Made by a program: the position numbers and the translations under genes. A stretch of 64,000 nt of DNA from Corallochytrium limacisporum Hawaii (taxonomy: Eukaryota > Protista > Pluriformea). The notes beneath the pieces are model-generated. The model saw only the letters and a program-made list of their open reading frames with translations, had not been told where the DNA came from and searched no databases. This document shows positions 13,187 through 26,935 of this stretch, piece after piece. Location of the stretch: the NCBI GenBank assembly GCA_002811645.1, contig PDIP01000077.1, positions 159,086-223,085 of the forward strand, in the 5' to 3' direction. Numbering within the stretch: the stretch's first letter is position 1; the number at the start of each line of letters is the position of its first letter.

Positions 13187-15404
13187 TTAAGACTGGGACG
13201 TTGATTTTGAGTGTGATTTCTGGCCCCTCGGGCCTGGGTAGGCACACACGCCCTGGTCCACGCAAATTTTTTTGAGGTCAATGATCTCCTCAAAGTGCTT
13301 TTCGAGATCTTGTTGGATGTCAATGTCGCGATAGCCGTGCCGAAGCCATGTACGAATCTGCCGGAAAAGGTCATCGTATATGGCCGCGGAGCAAATCAAA
13401 TTGAGGCGGTACCGTTCCTTGTCCACGTTCTCGAGGTACTCGAGACCTTCCTTCTTGTCCAGCAGGGCGCACGTCGGAGGGTACTGTGTGATACTCCGAT
13501 TCAATAGTGCCCGCACAGCATTCACACTCGCCGCCGTTGTCCTGCGGTATATGAGGCGCGGAAACTGTGTATTGTGGATGAATTCGTCGCTATTAACATC
13601 CTTGAGCTCGAAACCGTAAAATCTAAACAATCCCTTGAACTGAGAGAACAAATCAGAGTCCATGGTGTCGACGAGGAGGATGCGTGGCGGCATGGGCTCG
13701 GCGTTGATCTCTTCCTCTGTGACCTCGACTTCCATCGAGTGCTCTTCGGCTTCTTCGCCCTTTTCATCGCCTTTCTCCTCCAAAGATGGAGCAGATTTGA
13801 ACTCCTTGCGCTTCTGCGGATGCCTGGGACAATCGATTCGAGGCCGCGACCACTGACTGTAGCGCCGAACCCTCCTGCTTTGATGCTTGGGGTTTCTGGA
13901 GCTCGCTCCCTGAATAATTCATGTCTCCATCCCTGAGATGCTTATCTGCTTCCTCATGCGTAGACTTCAATGGCAGTTCTCCGTCACCTTTCGGTCCGTG
14001 ATGGTGACTGTTTCGTCCTTTCTCCTTCTCCTTCAGTTCCTCGAGCTTCCGTTGTTGGATGCGCTCAATGCGATTCTGTCGCTCCAGTCGGTCCATTTCA
14101 CTGAAAGCATGCTGCACCCACCGCAGCACTTCGTAGAGCACAGGTGCCGCAGAATCGACTAGAATGTCGACCTCCTTGCGATTCCGCGCCCGTTCGCCAA
14201 TGGTATACGCTATACCGCCACCAGTCGTGGAACTGTGTAGAGTGTCACCCAGGAAGATGCGCACTATTCGCGCGTCGGGATCCAGCTTGTGAAGCTTGTT
14301 CTGTAGGAATGTAAAAGCCTGACTGGCATCTTCCAGGCTTAAATCCGTGGTCTGGATGCCGAGGTTGTACGCCATTTCTGTTTTTGTACCGTCGGCTTCG
14401 ACAATCAGCAATTTTTGTGATTTGTCCTTGGTCGGAATTAGGAAGGCCGGGTCCAGCTTGAACCCCTTCCAGCAGTGCCGTGACGAGTAGTGGCCCTCCG
14501 GGATTTGCCAGTAGACGGGAACTGAGCCATGCATGCTCACTCGTTTGATAAGGTGTGTCTGCTGCGATCCGTCCTCATAGATTGGTACAATATGCCGTCC
14601 GTAGCGCTCAAGCGATAGCGCGGTTACATCCGAGTCCATACCTGCAAGCCGGATGACACGCTCTCGAAATCCCGGCATCAACGGCTCCCTGCCATGCATA
14701 ACATGATCACTGTACACACTGCCTGCGCGCATTCCCACTGTGACGAACCGAAGAAGCTGTGAAAGCATGAGGAAACCACCGAAGAGTGACCGCGTTGTAC
14801 GTGCATTCAAAATCTTCAGTTTCACTGTTGAGTCCTCTCGACTGTCTCCGAAACTCCGTAACAATTCTTGTGGGTCAAGATCCTTTGCCAGTGCCACTAC
14901 TTCCGGAGGTGTTGTGCTCCAAATCATGCTGCTCAAAATATTATTCCACGCGTACGCATGGCAGAACCGCAGTCCCTCCGGTCGATAGAAAGGGTCCGCC
15001 ACCAGCAGCGTTCCCTCGTAGAATCCCACCGTGTATACTATCATTGTCGACATGCCGAGCAGAGCTAGGGCCTTGGAGTCAAAAAATGACAACGCTGCGA
15101 TCCTGGAAACTCGGTATACCGTGCGAAAAAAACTGGAAACTCCGTGAACATAATTAGTGTTTGGGAAATCATTCTGCACGGTGATTGGTAACGAAGTGCG
15201 CGGGGCTTCATACGCCTTGCCGTCCAGCCCTGATCGCGACGAATACGTCCGTCTGCTGGCCAGTGACCTCACTCGCGCAGAATGTTGTATCTTGAGCCGC
15301 CGCTGCAATAGAATGAACCGTGCAGGCGTTTGCTTGAGCAGTGCTGAGCTGACCAGCAGCACAGAACTGCTCGAGGCACGCACTGAGGTGATCAGTGTCA
15401 TCAT
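13187..15404 (-). CDS. Uncharacterised membrane protein; two overlapping ORFs (13764-15404 and 13187-13783) probably forming one gene via a 34-nt intron or a frameshift
   Basis: The 546-aa ORF has an S/R-rich, acid-poor N-terminus (targeting-like) and hydrophobic segments. The downstream ORF is in the +1 frame and starts at TTG. Removing GTCAGT..CCCAG (13857-13824) fuses them in frame. Confidence 0.75.
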
Positions 15405-16355
15405 GGATTGGCCTCCATATTATCCATTCCAGCAGTTCCCAGCAGAGGTAGTGGGTGCTAAATCATCCTGTCACGCATTCAAACTTTGAAAACTCTGATG
15501 TCAACGATAGGACTGTTTCACGAGCCTTAAGTAGTAGGCAAACCTGGCACAAAAGCACAGCTGAACATTCGCCCGGCCAACGGAAGACTCCTGAGACCGT
15601 GCACGGGCCTTGGCAAGGGGGGACGGGCGGGTTTTTCGACTCCCCGCTCCCCCTTGCGACCCCAAAACCAAACAGACACACACACACAGACAACCAAGAG
15701 AAAGTTCGGACCCGTTTTACGTCTCTTCGCCCCGGCACCCCCCCCCCTCTTTCCCCTTCCCCACCAATGGGCCGCGGGTCCCTCTCTGTTACACTGGCAA
15801 CCGGCAAAAGAGAGTGGACCCGGGCAGGGGGAGGGCGGAGGGTGAAAAAAACCTGGCACCCCTCCTCCCCCTCCTTTCACCCGCTTAAACACTGGAAACC
15901 TAAATATATCATTAATTCGACTTCACCCTACCCGGGTGTTTGACCCTCCTCTGCTCACTGGCCGGCTCCCCCACTCTCTCCCTCTCTCTCTCTCCGTCTC
16001 TACTCTCCTGTGCATCGGAGTTACCATCGGGGGCTCTTAGGGGGGAGGGGGGGGGTTTACCACGCATAGTAAAACAGTAAAAAAAAAGGAGGGAAAACAA
16101 TGGGGGAAGGAATGAGTGAATAGAAATAAAGAGAACCCCAAAGCTTCAGAAGAAATTGGACACCGCCAAAACCACCACCCATCCCTCCCCTCCCAGAAGT
16201 GGAGAGCGGGAAAGGTTGGTAGTAAAACAATGGCGTTTTGCCCTGGCCGTTTCTCGTCCCCGCCCGCAACTGAGCACACACACACACACACGCCCACCCA
16301 AGACCCCCAAAGCCGACAAAATGAAGAAAACAATACCCAGTCCCCGGCCTCCCCT

Positions 16356-16393
<38 letters not shown>

Positions 16394-16990
16394 TCTCTCG
16401 GGGGTATTGCCGGCCTTTTGGTGTGCAGCACACACTTTTTTCAATTTTTTTTCGCCTCCAAGCGGAGACTTTTTCCTTCTGGGAGCTGTGGGGAAGGGGA
16501 GGGTGCCTCGCACACTGCCAAAGTTAATAAAGAAAGAGTCCTGGGTTGGCCCCCTTCCCTCTTTTCACACTGTACACGCGCGCGCAGGTGAGAGACCCCG
16601 GGGGGGGGGGTGAAGGAGGGGACGGTGACACGCACCCAAAGACGACCCCCCCCCCGGGGGCGGGAGAGCAAGTGAAAAGCAGGAGACGGGCCAAGGAGGA
16701 ACGGACAGTTTTTTGTGGGGTTGTGTGTTGGGTGCGCAGGTGCTCTGGGAGCTTGCCCGGGTCTCTTGAATGCTCCCGATCTGCTGACCGGCACGATCTG
16801 GGACGACGGGATTTTGGGGGCCCGGCTTTTGTTTACTGCTACCGTTAGTGATGAATGATGACGCGGAGAGATAAATTGCAGCAGCACGTGTGCGCAATGG
16901 TATTGAAAGTCTTCATTGTCTGGCGACATCCAGTGACCCGGATCAGACAAGTTGTTGATCACTGAGATCACTCTTTCCTCTTACCTAACA

Positions 16991-18283
16991 ATGACACTGA
17001 GCAACCTGACCGCTGTCGTCTTTCGGCAGCCAGCAGGTGGTATGGATTCGCTGATCATGCAGCACCGCTACGCGCACACACAGACAATGGTCCGTTCAGC
17101 ACTTCGAGGCAGTGGCAACGGTGGTAATCTCGGCCGGGGATTGATCCGTGCTGTGCTGGGCACCGTCGCGACTGTCGCGTACGTCGCATCCAAGGAAAAC
17201 TTTGAGGCCAACTGCTTCTGGCCCTTCAGCAGCGGCAGCGGTGGCAATCCCAAGTATATGGCCACCCCGATTACGCGCAACGTCGAGTCGCTGGCGATGG
17301 ACAAGAACAACTACCGGGCACGGATGGAAGACTTTATCATGCAACTTCAGGCCGATATTTGCACCGCAATCGCTGAGGTCGACGGCAAGCCGTTTGTGGC
17401 TGATCGCTGGGAACGTGAAAGCGGTGGAGGTGGTGTGAGCTGTGTCTTGCAAGAAGGTAATGTTTTCGAGAAGGCCGGTGTTAATGTCTCTGTTGTGCAC
17501 GGCACCCTCCCGCCCGCCGCGGTGCGTGAGATGCGCGCCCGGGGCCACAAACTGTCTGACAACGATCCTTTGCCTTTCTTCGCCGCTGGTATCTCCAGTG
17601 TCATGCACCCACGCAACCCTCACGCACCGACTGTCCATTTCAACTACCGTTACTTTGAGGTCCAGGATCTAAACAACAAGGAAAATCCGACCACTTGGTG
17701 GTTCGGCGGTGGATGTGACCTGACCCCGAGTTATCTGTATGAGGAAGATGCCGTCCACTTCCACCAGACGCTCAAGGATGCCTGTGACAAGCATGATGCG
17801 AGTTACTACCCTCGCTTCAAGAAGGAATGTGACAAATACTTTTTCATCAAGCACCGGGGCGAGGCACGAGGTGTGGGTGGCATCTTCTTTGACGACCAGG
17901 ACGACCGTCCCCGGGAGCAGATCTTTGAGTTCATTCAGAGCTGCGGTCGTTCCTTCAATCGCAGCTACATCCCAATCCTCAAGAAGCGCAAGGATATGCC
18001 CTTCACTGAAGCAGAGAAGGCATGGCAGCAGCTGCGGCGGGGCCGCTACGTTGAATTCAACCTGGTCTATGATCGCGGTACCAAGTTCGGCCTGTACACG
18101 CCCAACGCACGCATCGAGAGCATTCTGATCTCCCTCCCGTTGACCGCACGCTGGCAGTACATGCACGAACCTAAGGCCGGATCACGGGAGGCTGAACTGC
18201 TGCAGGTGCTCAAGCATCCGAGGGATTGGGTCCCTCTGGGTGTGGTCGGCAACGCTGCCACTGCCGTTGCCGCTGGCGCCTAA
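16991..18283 (+). CDS. CPOX: Oxygen-dependent coproporphyrinogen III oxidase
   Basis: [72 protein letters not shown]; N-terminal extension with a hydrophobic segment. First ATG at 16991. Confidence 0.97.
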   Translation: MTLSNLTAVVFRQPAGGMDSLIMQHRYAHTQTMVRSALRGSGNGGNLGRGLIRAVLGTVATVAYVASKENFEANCFWPFSSGSGGNPKYMATPITRNVESLAMDKNNYRARMEDFIMQLQADICTAIAEVDGKPFVADRWERESGGGGVSCVLQEGNVFEKAGVNVSVVHGTLPPAAVREMRARGHKLSDNDPLPFFAAGISSVMHPRNPHAPTVHFNYRYFEVQDLNNKENPTTWWFGGGCDLTPSYLYEEDAVHFHQTLKDACDKHDASYYPRFKKECDKYFFIKHRGEARGVGGIFFDDQDDRPREQIFEFIQSCGRSFNRSYIPILKKRKDMPFTEAEKAWQQLRRGRYVEFNLVYDRGTKFGLYTPNARIESILISLPLTARWQYMHEPKAGSREAELLQVLKHPRDWVPLGVVGNAATAVAAGA

Positions 18284-18778
18284 ATTCGAATGTGTCCGGG
18301 CAACAAACTCCGAAAATGTAGTCAAGTCTCGTCTAGTACCAATAATTTAAAATTCATAAATGCAGTTTTATTTCTCATTTGTGCGTGTTTTGGATGTGGA
18401 ACATTTTGGGACACTCGGGGCCGATAGACATGAACTCACAGAAAACCATCCTGGAGCCAAGAATGGAGATGATCCAGGAACACCTCGGTGGAGAGTACCA
18501 CGAGCTTCCCATTGAACGTGATCCTCACAGGTGCTTTTTGTTCCCACAGCGTTTAGATTGTGAGCGTACTTCCCATTGAACGCTGCACAAGTTTCACACT
18601 GCCCTGAAACCTCCAAAGCCTATTTGCTATTCAGGCTCCCGCCCGTATCCGGGACGTCCCACCCAGCTATGCACAAAGACATTGAATGTGGACCAGCAGT
18701 TGCTTTTGGCATGTACAAGTGTAGAAGGAAAACAAGTGAATGCTATGGATGTGGAAGTATCAAATTTCTGGAGGCGCC

Positions 18779-21700
18779 TCAGTATCCGTAGCCTCCCATT
18801 TGACCTCCCTGCATGTTGTTCATCATTCCACCGCCCATGTTGCCGTACGGGGCACCGCCGTAGCCACCCGCCATCTGACCCGGTCCCGCAGTAATCATCA
18901 ACGGTTGTTCATACATCATGCCACCCTGCTGCTCCTGCTCCTGCTTCTCCGTTTCCTGGGTGTCCAGGCGGATGCTAAGCTCCTGCAACTTGTCGTAGAC
19001 CTCCCGAGTGGACTGCACCAGGTAAGGCATCGCAAAGTCGTACAAATTGTTGCGCCAGGCCAGCTCCATGACCACGTCGGGGCGGAGATGATCGTAGCAA
19101 GTGAACAAACAGGCAGCAAAGCACTCCGTGTTCTTCTGATCCACAAAGAACTGCAAGAGTTCCTCTACCAGGTCACTGTCACCGGACTCGGCAGCGTACT
19201 CCATAGCGTCCTTGTACAGTTTGTCTTCCTTGCACAGGGCCGCAGCCTGCTTCCAGCGCTTATTGTTCTGGTACAGATAGGCAGCAATGCGACGGAACTC
19301 GATCAGCTCGTGCTTTTCGAGACGCTGGGCCAGACCCATGTTGTCAAAGTTGTCAAAGTTGTCAATGGACTCGCGCAGAGCAGTGAAGTCCTCTTCTTCG
19401 ATCAGCAGGGAGTTGTAGGCCTCGTTGACAGCCTTGTTGTTGCCCTGTTGGACACTGGACAGGTACGATTTGACCAGAGGCAGGTTGCCGTTCTTTGTAA
19501 AGAACTGAACAGCGCGATAGTGGTCGATGCGCGGGGACAGGACAACCAGCAAATCAGTGATGAGCAGAGGGGCCACATCGAGGTAGAAGCTGAGAGCCTT
19601 GTAGTATAGTTCCACATTGCTGACCTTGACAACAATGTCCTTGAAAGAGCCATGCTCCCAGCATTCGGTTGGATGCTCCATCATAGTCAGCACGGCGTTA
19701 TCAAACTCATCGTAGTTAACATATAAGAAGACCAGTTCCTTCCAAAGATGACCATCCTTGGCCGCAGTGAGCACCTTCGGAATATTGACGCGGTAGTAGA
19801 AGAGCTTCAGATGCTCCATCAACTTCTCCGGCTTGTAACGAGAGTACATGATTGACAGCTCAGTGAACATACCCATGTGCGCACGCTCCAGACCAAGCGC
19901 AGCCTCAAGGAGCTGGATAACTTCCTCAAAGTGGCCGCGGCTTTCGTAGTACTGCAGCAGCTCTTCCAGCTCATCCGCATGCACGACAATATTCAATCCA
20001 CAAATCTGTGCCAGACGGAACTCCTCAGCATCCACGCAGGCGTAGCAGACATGTTTCCAGGTCTTGACGCCGGAGGCCTTGCGGGCAGAATCAACAGCGG
20101 CTTGGTATTCGCCTAGGTGCACCAGAGTCTCGGCCAAGCGAGCATAGTTGGAGATGTTCTGGTAGAGGATACGGGCAGCTTCATACTTCTGGCTGTCGTA
20201 GCACTTGTCGGCAACCTCGGACACGTTGGCAATGGTGGTCCCGTTGACAAAGTCCTCAAGCTCTGTGAGGCGGTCGGTGCGTGCAAAGGCGTACAGGAGC
20301 TCGGTCTCGATCATAGCCTCACGAGCGGTCTTGCGGGCCATCTGCAGGTAGCGGACCAGATCGTCGTAGGCATCCTTCTGCTCGGCAACCTGAATGACCT
20401 CGGCAAAATTGGCGGGGTCCTCGGCCTTGATATAGGCATCCACGGCATCCTTGATGCGACCAGCATCCAGGAAGGCCTTGGCCAGCAGGGACCAGGTCTC
20501 CGGGTCAGCACAGCGCTCGGCGAACTCATAGGCACGGTCAAGGTCGCGCACATTCTCCAGCAGCACATTCATGGCAGAGCCGTTGACGTCGAACTTCTTG
20601 AAGATCTGGAATGCTTCCTCATAGAGTTCAGAGCTGATGGCAATGTTGGCGATATCTGGAGCATCGTAGTTGTCGAGACGGTCGATGTAGTCCATGACAC
20701 GGGAAGAGTCGGCTTTGATGGCAGTCAAGATCAGCAGGTTCTGCAGGTTGCGGTTGTCGGCAAAAGCGGAACCATCGAGGACAATGCGCTCCAGCAGTTC
20801 AATGAGCTCGTTGGGCAGCTCGGCGGCCATGAAGGCCTTGACAGTCACGGACACGGCCTCTGGGTCCTGGGTCTCCGGCAAGGCAGTACCGACGACGGAA
20901 TCGATAAGCTGACGACGGTAGTCGTTTTCCTCTGTCAGAGTCTTTTCCCAGAGATCCAGATCCTGGCGACGGATGAGGTAGCGGGCCTGGGACTTGAAGA
21001 GTGCGTTCTGGTTGGTCACGTTGATCAGCTCGTCATCACACTGGCCACGCTCGTAGGCCACAACTGCCAGATTGGGGTCACGCTTCTCACAGTAGGCACC
21101 GACGACCAGGGAGTCGTAGTAAGGATTCTCACGCAGGAACCGCTCCGGGTTGTTGTTGGAGTCAATGTAGATCTTTGCAAGGGCATTGAAGGTGCCGCTG
21201 TCTTCCTGGCCGTTCTGCACACGGGCCTCGAGCCACGGCAGGAGCAGACGTAGTCGGTTGCGCTTCTCGACCTCAATGGTGAGCTCATCTACATCGAAGT
21301 TGCCGCGTACGGACATGATCAGGTTCTTGACCACATCATCTCCGGCATCGACATCGAGGAGACCGCCGATCACGATGGGCAGACGGCTGGGGTTCACCTT
21401 CTGGACGTAAATCTCAATGTACTTCTGCATCTGGTTCTTGTAGAGGTAAAGCACCAGGTCGTGCACATAGTCAAATCGGTCACAGACAATGATGAGGGGA
21501 AGCATATCAGTAAGGTTAGCTTCCTTCAAGAAGTTCTTAACCTTCTCGGCGTCGTAGACGTTGGACTCGCGGCAGATGCGCTCCACCTCCTTCATCTGAC
21601 CAACGCGGACTGCGGCCTTGATGTAGGCGAAATGAGTCTCCGGGTCCTGGCTCTGGTTTACAATGGCACCAAGGAAGTAGAAAAGACCTTCGTAGGACTT

Positions 21701-23815
21701 GAAGCTCTCAAACATTTCGATCAGAGACTTGGTGTTGAGTTGCTCGTGGTACTTGGAGGCAATCTGAACGACAATCTGCAGGTTCTGGCGGATATTGTGA
21801 GTCAGCATGGCCTTCAGGCACTCCATTGAGTCCTCCACTGATAGGGTACCAAAGTACTGCACAAGCCAATCGGGATTCAACATTGGTGTGTGCACAATGG
21901 AGCGCTTGATGTCGAAAATGTCCGTGTAGTGCTCCAAGGCACGCTGAACCAGACCGGCCTGCTCACACAGCTGCGCAACGTACTGCTTGTCGTAGTGACT
22001 GAACATCTGGTTGCCGAGAATGGCATCTGCAACCTGCGGAGCGTTCTGCAGGTTCATTTCCAGCAGACGAGTCTGCAGAGGACCCTCCTCTTCCCGGTTG
22101 TTCTTCAGGGCATCCAGCAGGAAGGCAGTGCACTGCTGAATCAGGTTGTACTCCATGAAACAGTCAACAATGCTGCTCAGATCAGCCAGTGGCTCATCCT
22201 CTTGGACAAGCATGGTGGCGAACTGGGCACCCTTCTCAGCATCGTAGCGCATCAGATTGCGCAGGAAGTAGATGTAATCCGGGGTGTAGCCGACCTTCTT
22301 GGCGTACAGGATGATCTTCTGGAATTGTCCCATCTCAGCGAAGCACTGGATCACCTTCTCAGGGGCATTTGCACGCAGGTATACGGAGAGGGCGAGGGTG
22401 GTGTCCGCAAACTGCTTCATGAGGTCGCCGAGCTCCTCGCTGCATTCCAATTTGTCTTCCTTGAGCCACTTCTCGATCAGATTCTTCTTGCCCTGTTGCA
22501 GCACGGGACGTGCCAGTTCAATAGACTCGACCGGGTTCAGTTTGTCCTGCTCCAGCAGCAGACCAAAGTACCGCAGCAATGGAGGGGTCTGACCAGGCTG
22601 GGCCGGAGCCTGCTGGAAGCGCTGGATGGTTTGCGGAGTCCGGAGGATACCTCGGGGTGCTTTGGCTGCCACGCGGGCGGCCTGCTCGTAGTTACCCTGG
22701 TTCATGAGCTGGTCAAAATATGCCTCAAACTTGTCGTCTGCTCCCGGAAGGTTGTTACGCTCGGCCATCTTGATGGCAAGCTCAGGTTGGTTGAGCTGAT
22801 TGGTAATGAAGTTAACAACATTGTTCTCATCAAGGCTCACGACCAGAACCTGACCCTTCTTGTTAACTCCAATAATACCGCCGGTGGCAGTGTGAGGGGC
22901 GGTCACAAAGATGGTGTCAGAGGAAATGCGATTCATGTAGATGCACTTGCCGCTGTCGAGGTCGTACACATGGATGTAGCCGTACTTGGTGATGAGGTAG
23001 ATCACGTCATACTTGCTGGAAGTCTGCATGGCGACTGGGAAATCCGCAGCAGCCTCCTGGGGGAAGTAGACGTCGACAACCTTCTTCTGGTAGGGTTGGG
23101 GGTTCTCATCGGGCTTACCGACCTCGATGATGTGCAGCTTGCCGGTTTGCTCGTGGGAAGCGAAGCAGAACAGAAGACTGGGCTTGGGATTGCCGTCAAT
23201 CTTAAACTGTGCAAAGCATGCTGCGTGACCCTTCAAATTCTGCGAAATGCGCTTTTCGGTAGAGAACAGCTGCATGTGACCGACAACCCTCTGGTTCTGC
23301 GCTGTGATGCCGACAAGGACCAGCCACTTCTCGTCCTCACTGGTCTTGTAGTTGATGATCTGAGCGCCTTCGACAGGGGTACGATCAAAGACCTTCTGAG
23401 GCTCGCTGCTGCCCTCGGTAGACCAGTGAAAGACAGCGCTCTGGGTCACCAGACCGATGGTCTTAGTTGAAATCCACTTCCAGAACACGACATCCTCGTT
23501 CATGACCGTAGCCTTCATTTTGCTCTTCATCTCCATATTGAAAATCTGCAAATTCCTTGCCTGTTTCAGGGCAATTACCTTGGACACAGGGTTCATGATG
23601 GCGGAGTCAGCTGTGATGGGCCGGCGCATGGGGTTTTTGGGATCCGCCAGGTCAATGATGACGACCTGGTTGTTGTCACCCACGCGTTCCCGAACGCAGA
23701 TAAATTTGTCACTTTCCATGGTCAGAGTTGTGAACGAAACATTGCTAATGTTGACTCCCACCTGCTGGAGCTGAACCAGCTCCTGGAAGCGAATCGGCAA
23801 AGCTTGACCAGCCAT
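18779..23815 (-). CDS. CLTC: Clathrin heavy chain
   Basis: [35 protein letters not shown] repeats, [11 protein letters not shown]-terminal QPLMITAG (QLMLT-like motif). A single uninterrupted ORF; ATG at 23815 (the track starts at an upstream GTG). Confidence 0.99.
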   Translation of the reverse strand: MAGQALPIRFQELVQLQQVGVNISNVSFTTLTMESDKFICVRERVGDNNQVVIIDLADPKNPMRRPITADSAIMNPVSKVIALKQARNLQIFNMEMKSKMKATVMNEDVVFWKWISTKTIGLVTQSAVFHWSTEGSSEPQKVFDRTPVEGAQIINYKTSEDEKWLVLVGITAQNQRVVGHMQLFSTEKRISQNLKGHAACFAQFKIDGNPKPSLLFCFASHEQTGKLHIIEVGKPDENPQPYQKKVVDVYFPQEAAADFPVAMQTSSKYDVIYLITKYGYIHVYDLDSGKCIYMNRISSDTIFVTAPHTATGGIIGVNKKGQVLVVSLDENNVVNFITNQLNQPELAIKMAERNNLPGADDKFEAYFDQLMNQGNYEQAARVAAKAPRGILRTPQTIQRFQQAPAQPGQTPPLLRYFGLLLEQDKLNPVESIELARPVLQQGKKNLIEKWLKEDKLECSEELGDLMKQFADTTLALSVYLRANAPEKVIQCFAEMGQFQKIILYAKKVGYTPDYIYFLRNLMRYDAEKGAQFATMLVQEDEPLADLSSIVDCFMEYNLIQQCTAFLLDALKNNREEEGPLQTRLLEMNLQNAPQVADAILGNQMFSHYDKQYVAQLCEQAGLVQRALEHYTDIFDIKRSIVHTPMLNPDWLVQYFGTLSVEDSMECLKAMLTHNIRQNLQIVVQIASKYHEQLNTKSLIEMFESFKSYEGLFYFLGAIVNQSQDPETHFAYIKAAVRVGQMKEVERICRESNVYDAEKVKNFLKEANLTDMLPLIIVCDRFDYVHDLVLYLYKNQMQKYIEIYVQKVNPSRLPIVIGGLLDVDAGDDVVKNLIMSVRGNFDVDELTIEVEKRNRLRLLLPWLEARVQNGQEDSGTFNALAKIYIDSNNNPERFLRENPYYDSLVVGAYCEKRDPNLAVVAYERGQCDDELINVTNQNALFKSQARYLIRRQDLDLWEKTLTEENDYRRQLIDSVVGTALPETQDPEAVSVTVKAFMAAELPNELIELLERIVLDGSAFADNRNLQNLLILTAIKADSSRVMDYIDRLDNYDAPDIANIAISSELYEEAFQIFKKFDVNGSAMNVLLENVRDLDRAYEFAERCADPETWSLLAKAFLDAGRIKDAVDAYIKAEDPANFAEVIQVAEQKDAYDDLVRYLQMARKTAREAMIETELLYAFARTDRLTELEDFVNGTTIANVSEVADKCYDSQKYEAARILYQNISNYARLAETLVHLGEYQAAVDSARKASGVKTWKHVCYACVDAEEFRLAQICGLNIVVHADELEELLQYYESRGHFEEVIQLLEAALGLERAHMGMFTELSIMYSRYKPEKLMEHLKLFYYRVNIPKVLTAAKDGHLWKELVFLYVNYDEFDNAVLTMMEHPTECWEHGSFKDIVVKVSNVELYYKALSFYLDVAPLLITDLLVVLSPRIDHYRAVQFFTKNGNLPLVKSYLSSVQQGNNKAVNEAYNSLLIEEEDFTALRESIDNFDNFDNMGLAQRLEKHELIEFRRIAAYLYQNNKRWKQAAALCKEDKLYKDAMEYAAESGDSDLVEELLQFFVDQKNTECFAACLFTCYDHLRPDVVMELAWRNNLYDFAMPYLVQSTREVYDKLQELSIRLDTQETEKQEQEQQGGMMYEQPLMITAGPGQMAGGYGGAPYGNMGGGMMNNMQGGQMGGYGY

Positions 23816-23823
23816 GTTTCTCG

Positions 23824-23892
23824 CTATAATTTCAGACACAAATTAGCTAAGTATACAGACAATATCCGGATGATTCAAAAGCAAGGCTTTAC
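23824..23892 (-). other. Candidate 5'UTR intron (proximal) of clathrin heavy chain
   Basis: GTAAAG donor (or GTTTAG at 23899), GCTAAT branch, TAG acceptor ending 8 nt before the ATG. Confidence 0.55.
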
Positions 23893-23914
23893 CCTAAACC
23901 TTGGTTTTGAATTT

Positions 23915-23970
23915 CTACAAGTAAAAAACACGTATTGTTGCACGGAAGAGTCAGGAATTGGGATACTCAC
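23915..23970 (-). other. Candidate 56-nt 5'UTR intron (distal) of clathrin heavy chain
   Basis: GTGAGT donor, T-rich tract GTTTTTTACTTGTAG acceptor. Confidence 0.6.
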
Positions 23971-26158
23971 TGTCTCCTTCAGACTATGGATAAGCAACCG
24001 TTTGCTTCAATCCATGGACTTGTTGCCGTAGTGGAAGGAGATCTGCAATGTTATCTGATTTATAATTGTGTTTCTGTTGTACCTGTCCTGCGTGGGCAGC
24101 TTTACATTCGTCTCCAGCGACCGCTCATCATTACTTCTAACCCATTGCTGTAATTTCGTGTCTTATTCGCTTACCCGAAACAGTCAGTTCATTCCAATCA
24201 TTGCGGTACAGAACAGACGGAACGAGGCACGGACATCACCAGGAGTATCTACCCAGCACAGCCACCCTCCCGTACTTTGTCGCCTGGTGTTGCCGTTGCC
24301 GGACACCTATCACCCACAGAGACCCGTGTTGAGTCTTGGCCAAAGGGAAAATGTACGGGGGTAAAAAGCCATTTGTTTTGCTTTTTTGGCCCCCCCCCCC
24401 CTTGTACTCGAGTTTTTGGTTTTTGTTTTCCCTTTTTTTTTTTGGGCCCTCGGTCTTCTCCCCCGGTGTCCGGGTCACTTCCCCCCTTCCCCCTCGGCTT
24501 GCCGTCAGCAGTAGGGCCCCCAACCAACCAACCAACGCGAATTTCGGCCAGGCAGGCAAAAGAGAAGAGGGGATTTTGAACAAATTTTTCGCGAGCGCGT
24601 CGTCTTCCCGCCACGAACTTCCAACCCCGGTACCCGTACCTACGCGCTGGGGCAGGCAACACACACCAGCAAGCGGTGTGAGTCAGTAGCAGCAGCAGAG
24701 TTGAGGATCGCTCCCCGTGGGCCCTATGGTTCGATTGCTGCCTTTTGCCAAAAAGTCTTCGTTCCCGTGTATAGGTCACGGTTGTGAGTTTTCGGTTCGT
24801 TATGGAAACGAAAGTGAAGCAGAAGAGAGTGAGCGAGAGATGACCTGGTATACATCCGCACACTCCCCCACTTTGCATAATGCCCCTGCGCCAGTTGCCC
24901 CCTCCCCCTCCCCAAAGTACACTACCCTTCCCTTGAAGAGGGAGCCGGGGGGCCGGTGCCAAAAAGGCAAAACAAATATGGAGGTTTCCAACCCACCCCC
25001 CTTTTTTTATCTTTTTCTTTCCTGGCGGGTGTTGTGGGCATTATCCTGAAAAGTACCGGAAGACGAAACCGGTCCCCTACGATTTCGGAGTGAAGGGGTC
25101 CGGGGTCTTGGACGTCTGTTGAATACTGAATGTAGGACAAACCAGAATTGCCCGGTTCTTAATGAAGTTGCACTCTTCATTTGGATTCATAATAAATCAA
25201 AAACTACAGAATATATATAGATTTTATAGATTGTAATGATCATTATGCGACCGTACTGGCCGGAGTAAGTGAACGACGCACCGCTCCGCGCGCGCCATTC
25301 GTGAACTTTCCGGCCGTTGTGGCCCCCACAAGTAGTAGGATTTACAGGCCCCTCATCACTGGAAAATACAGGGGAGAATCCCGTAGAACTGCCAAAGACA
25401 AGCGGAAAACAACTACGGAAAATGAGGTTTTTGATTCTTCATTGGCGCACAAAAACATAGGGGGAAGAATACGTACGCTGTTGTAGGAGAAGAGGGAGCG
25501 AGGAGAGGAACGGAAGAGAAGAAACAGGGGGGGGCCCTGCTGGTGTAATGACCAGGAGAGAGGAAGGAGCGGGGGAGGGGGGTTTCCACCCCACCATCAT
25601 ATGTCTCTTTGTATGGCGTGTAGAAAAGGAGGGGGCAGGAAAAAGAATGAGGTTGCGCTGCGATTGGGGGCAGCGGTTGACATTCTCTCTTCTCCACCTC
25701 ACACCCCCGCTTCCTCTCCAGTGGGCAGCGGGGGAAGAGGGGGGGTGGGGGGAGATTGGAAAACGCAGTAATAGAAGAGATGGCGCGGCATTCGTCCCTT
25801 CGCGAAAAGCAAACGAGTCCGTATGTCTGGTTGGCGGTACTCCCACCCAGTATGTAGGCTCAGGAGACCCTCTAACTATCAGAGTACTTCCTCGAGAAGC
25901 GTTCTTCATGGCACTATGTAATAGAAGATCAGGAACAAACGAAGGTATGGACTATGGATTGAATGCTTGTTACACTATGTCAATTTATGGGGAGCAAACC
26001 ACAAGGCAATTGGGGGCTCCATGCTATGTCGAATGATGATGATGTTTCATGTTGCACGCCCTTCGGACTAACGGCACAAGATTTGTACCTTGAGGACTTC
26101 TACGTCGGCTCAATCGTGCAGGTTTGTCGGTTTTTTTATAAGAATACATGCCGCGCAC

Positions 26159-26851
26159 TTACTGAGCGGCCTCAATCTTTTGGGCAGGAGGCATGGGAGC
26201 ATGGTGGTGATGGCCAGAATGGGCAGCAGGAGGCGGAGGAGGGTGGGCATAGTGGTGCTGTGCTGATCCGTAGCGATGCTCGTAGTAGTGCAGCTGTTCA
26301 CGCAGGTGGCGATTCTCCGCTTCCAGGGCCTGAACACGGCGCTCCACGTCCTGAAGGTATTGTTTCTTCTTTTCACGGCAGGCCTTTGCGGCCATTCGGT
26401 TGCGTTCAAGACGCTTCAGGCGGCGGGGTTCAATGCTCTCTTCGCCGTTAGAAGAACTGATACTGCGACGGGTTGGTGCAACGGTGTTGCCCTTGCCAGG
26501 CTTAGAATCGGGCGGGCTGGGCACAGATTCCTCTGGGCGGAGGGCTGCGGGGGATGCGCTGCTGGCAGTGCTCGATGCCGGGGGAGCACTATCTCCGCTA
26601 GAGTGCCCAGTGTAATGTTCAGGGCGGTATGGAGGAGGAGGATAGTAGCTGTGGTGGTGGCCAGGAGGTGGCGGAGGAGCATGAGGAGCGCCAGGGGGAG
26701 GAGGACCATAGGCATGTTGTGGCCGGTAGTCGTAGTGCGGTTGCTGCTGCTGCTGCTGTTGCTGTTGCTGCTGCTGTGGGTACTGTCCAGAGCTCATGCC
26801 AGCCAATAGAGCGGCGGCCTGTTGCTCACTGTGTCCATAAGCGTCTGTCAT
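26159..26851 (-). CDS. bZIP transcription factor, CREB/ATF-like
   Basis: Basic region RRLKRLERNRMAAKACREKKKQY followed by zipper V..L..ENRHL..QL; polyQ and P/H-rich low-complexity regions. Confidence 0.92.
   Translation of the reverse strand: MTDAYGHSEQQAAALLAGMSSGQYPQQQQQQQQQQQQPHYDYRPQHAYGPPPPGAPHAPPPPPGHHHSYYPPPPYRPEHYTGHSSGDSAPPASSTASSASPAALRPEESVPSPPDSKPGKGNTVAPTRRSISSSNGEESIEPRRLKRLERNRMAAKACREKKKQYLQDVERRVQALEAENRHLREQLHYYEHRYGSAQHHYAHPPPPPAAHSGHHHHAPMPPAQKIEAAQ
26741..26776 (-). repeat. CAG/CAA repeat encoding Q12 in the bZIP
   Basis: Plus strand ttgctgctgctgctgctgttgctgttgctgctgctg. Confidence 0.95.
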
Positions 26852-26874
26852 GTTGACTATGTTTGTGGTGTTTC

Positions 26875-26935
26875 CTATTGGATTTGTGAGTATATGAAAG
26901 TTTTTCTCCTGTTGCAGAAAAGAAACTTCTTATAC
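26875..26935 (-). other. Candidate 61-nt 5'UTR intron of the bZIP gene
   Basis: AAAG|GTATAA donor, ACTCAC branch, 8 nt spacer, TAG acceptor, then a 23-nt A/C-rich leader to the ATG. Confidence 0.5.

Noticed and set aside
18740-23470. Long plus-strand ORFs (289, 378, 526 aa) opposite clathrin
   Set aside because: Antisense shadows caused by GC3-biased codon usage; no protein-like motifs.
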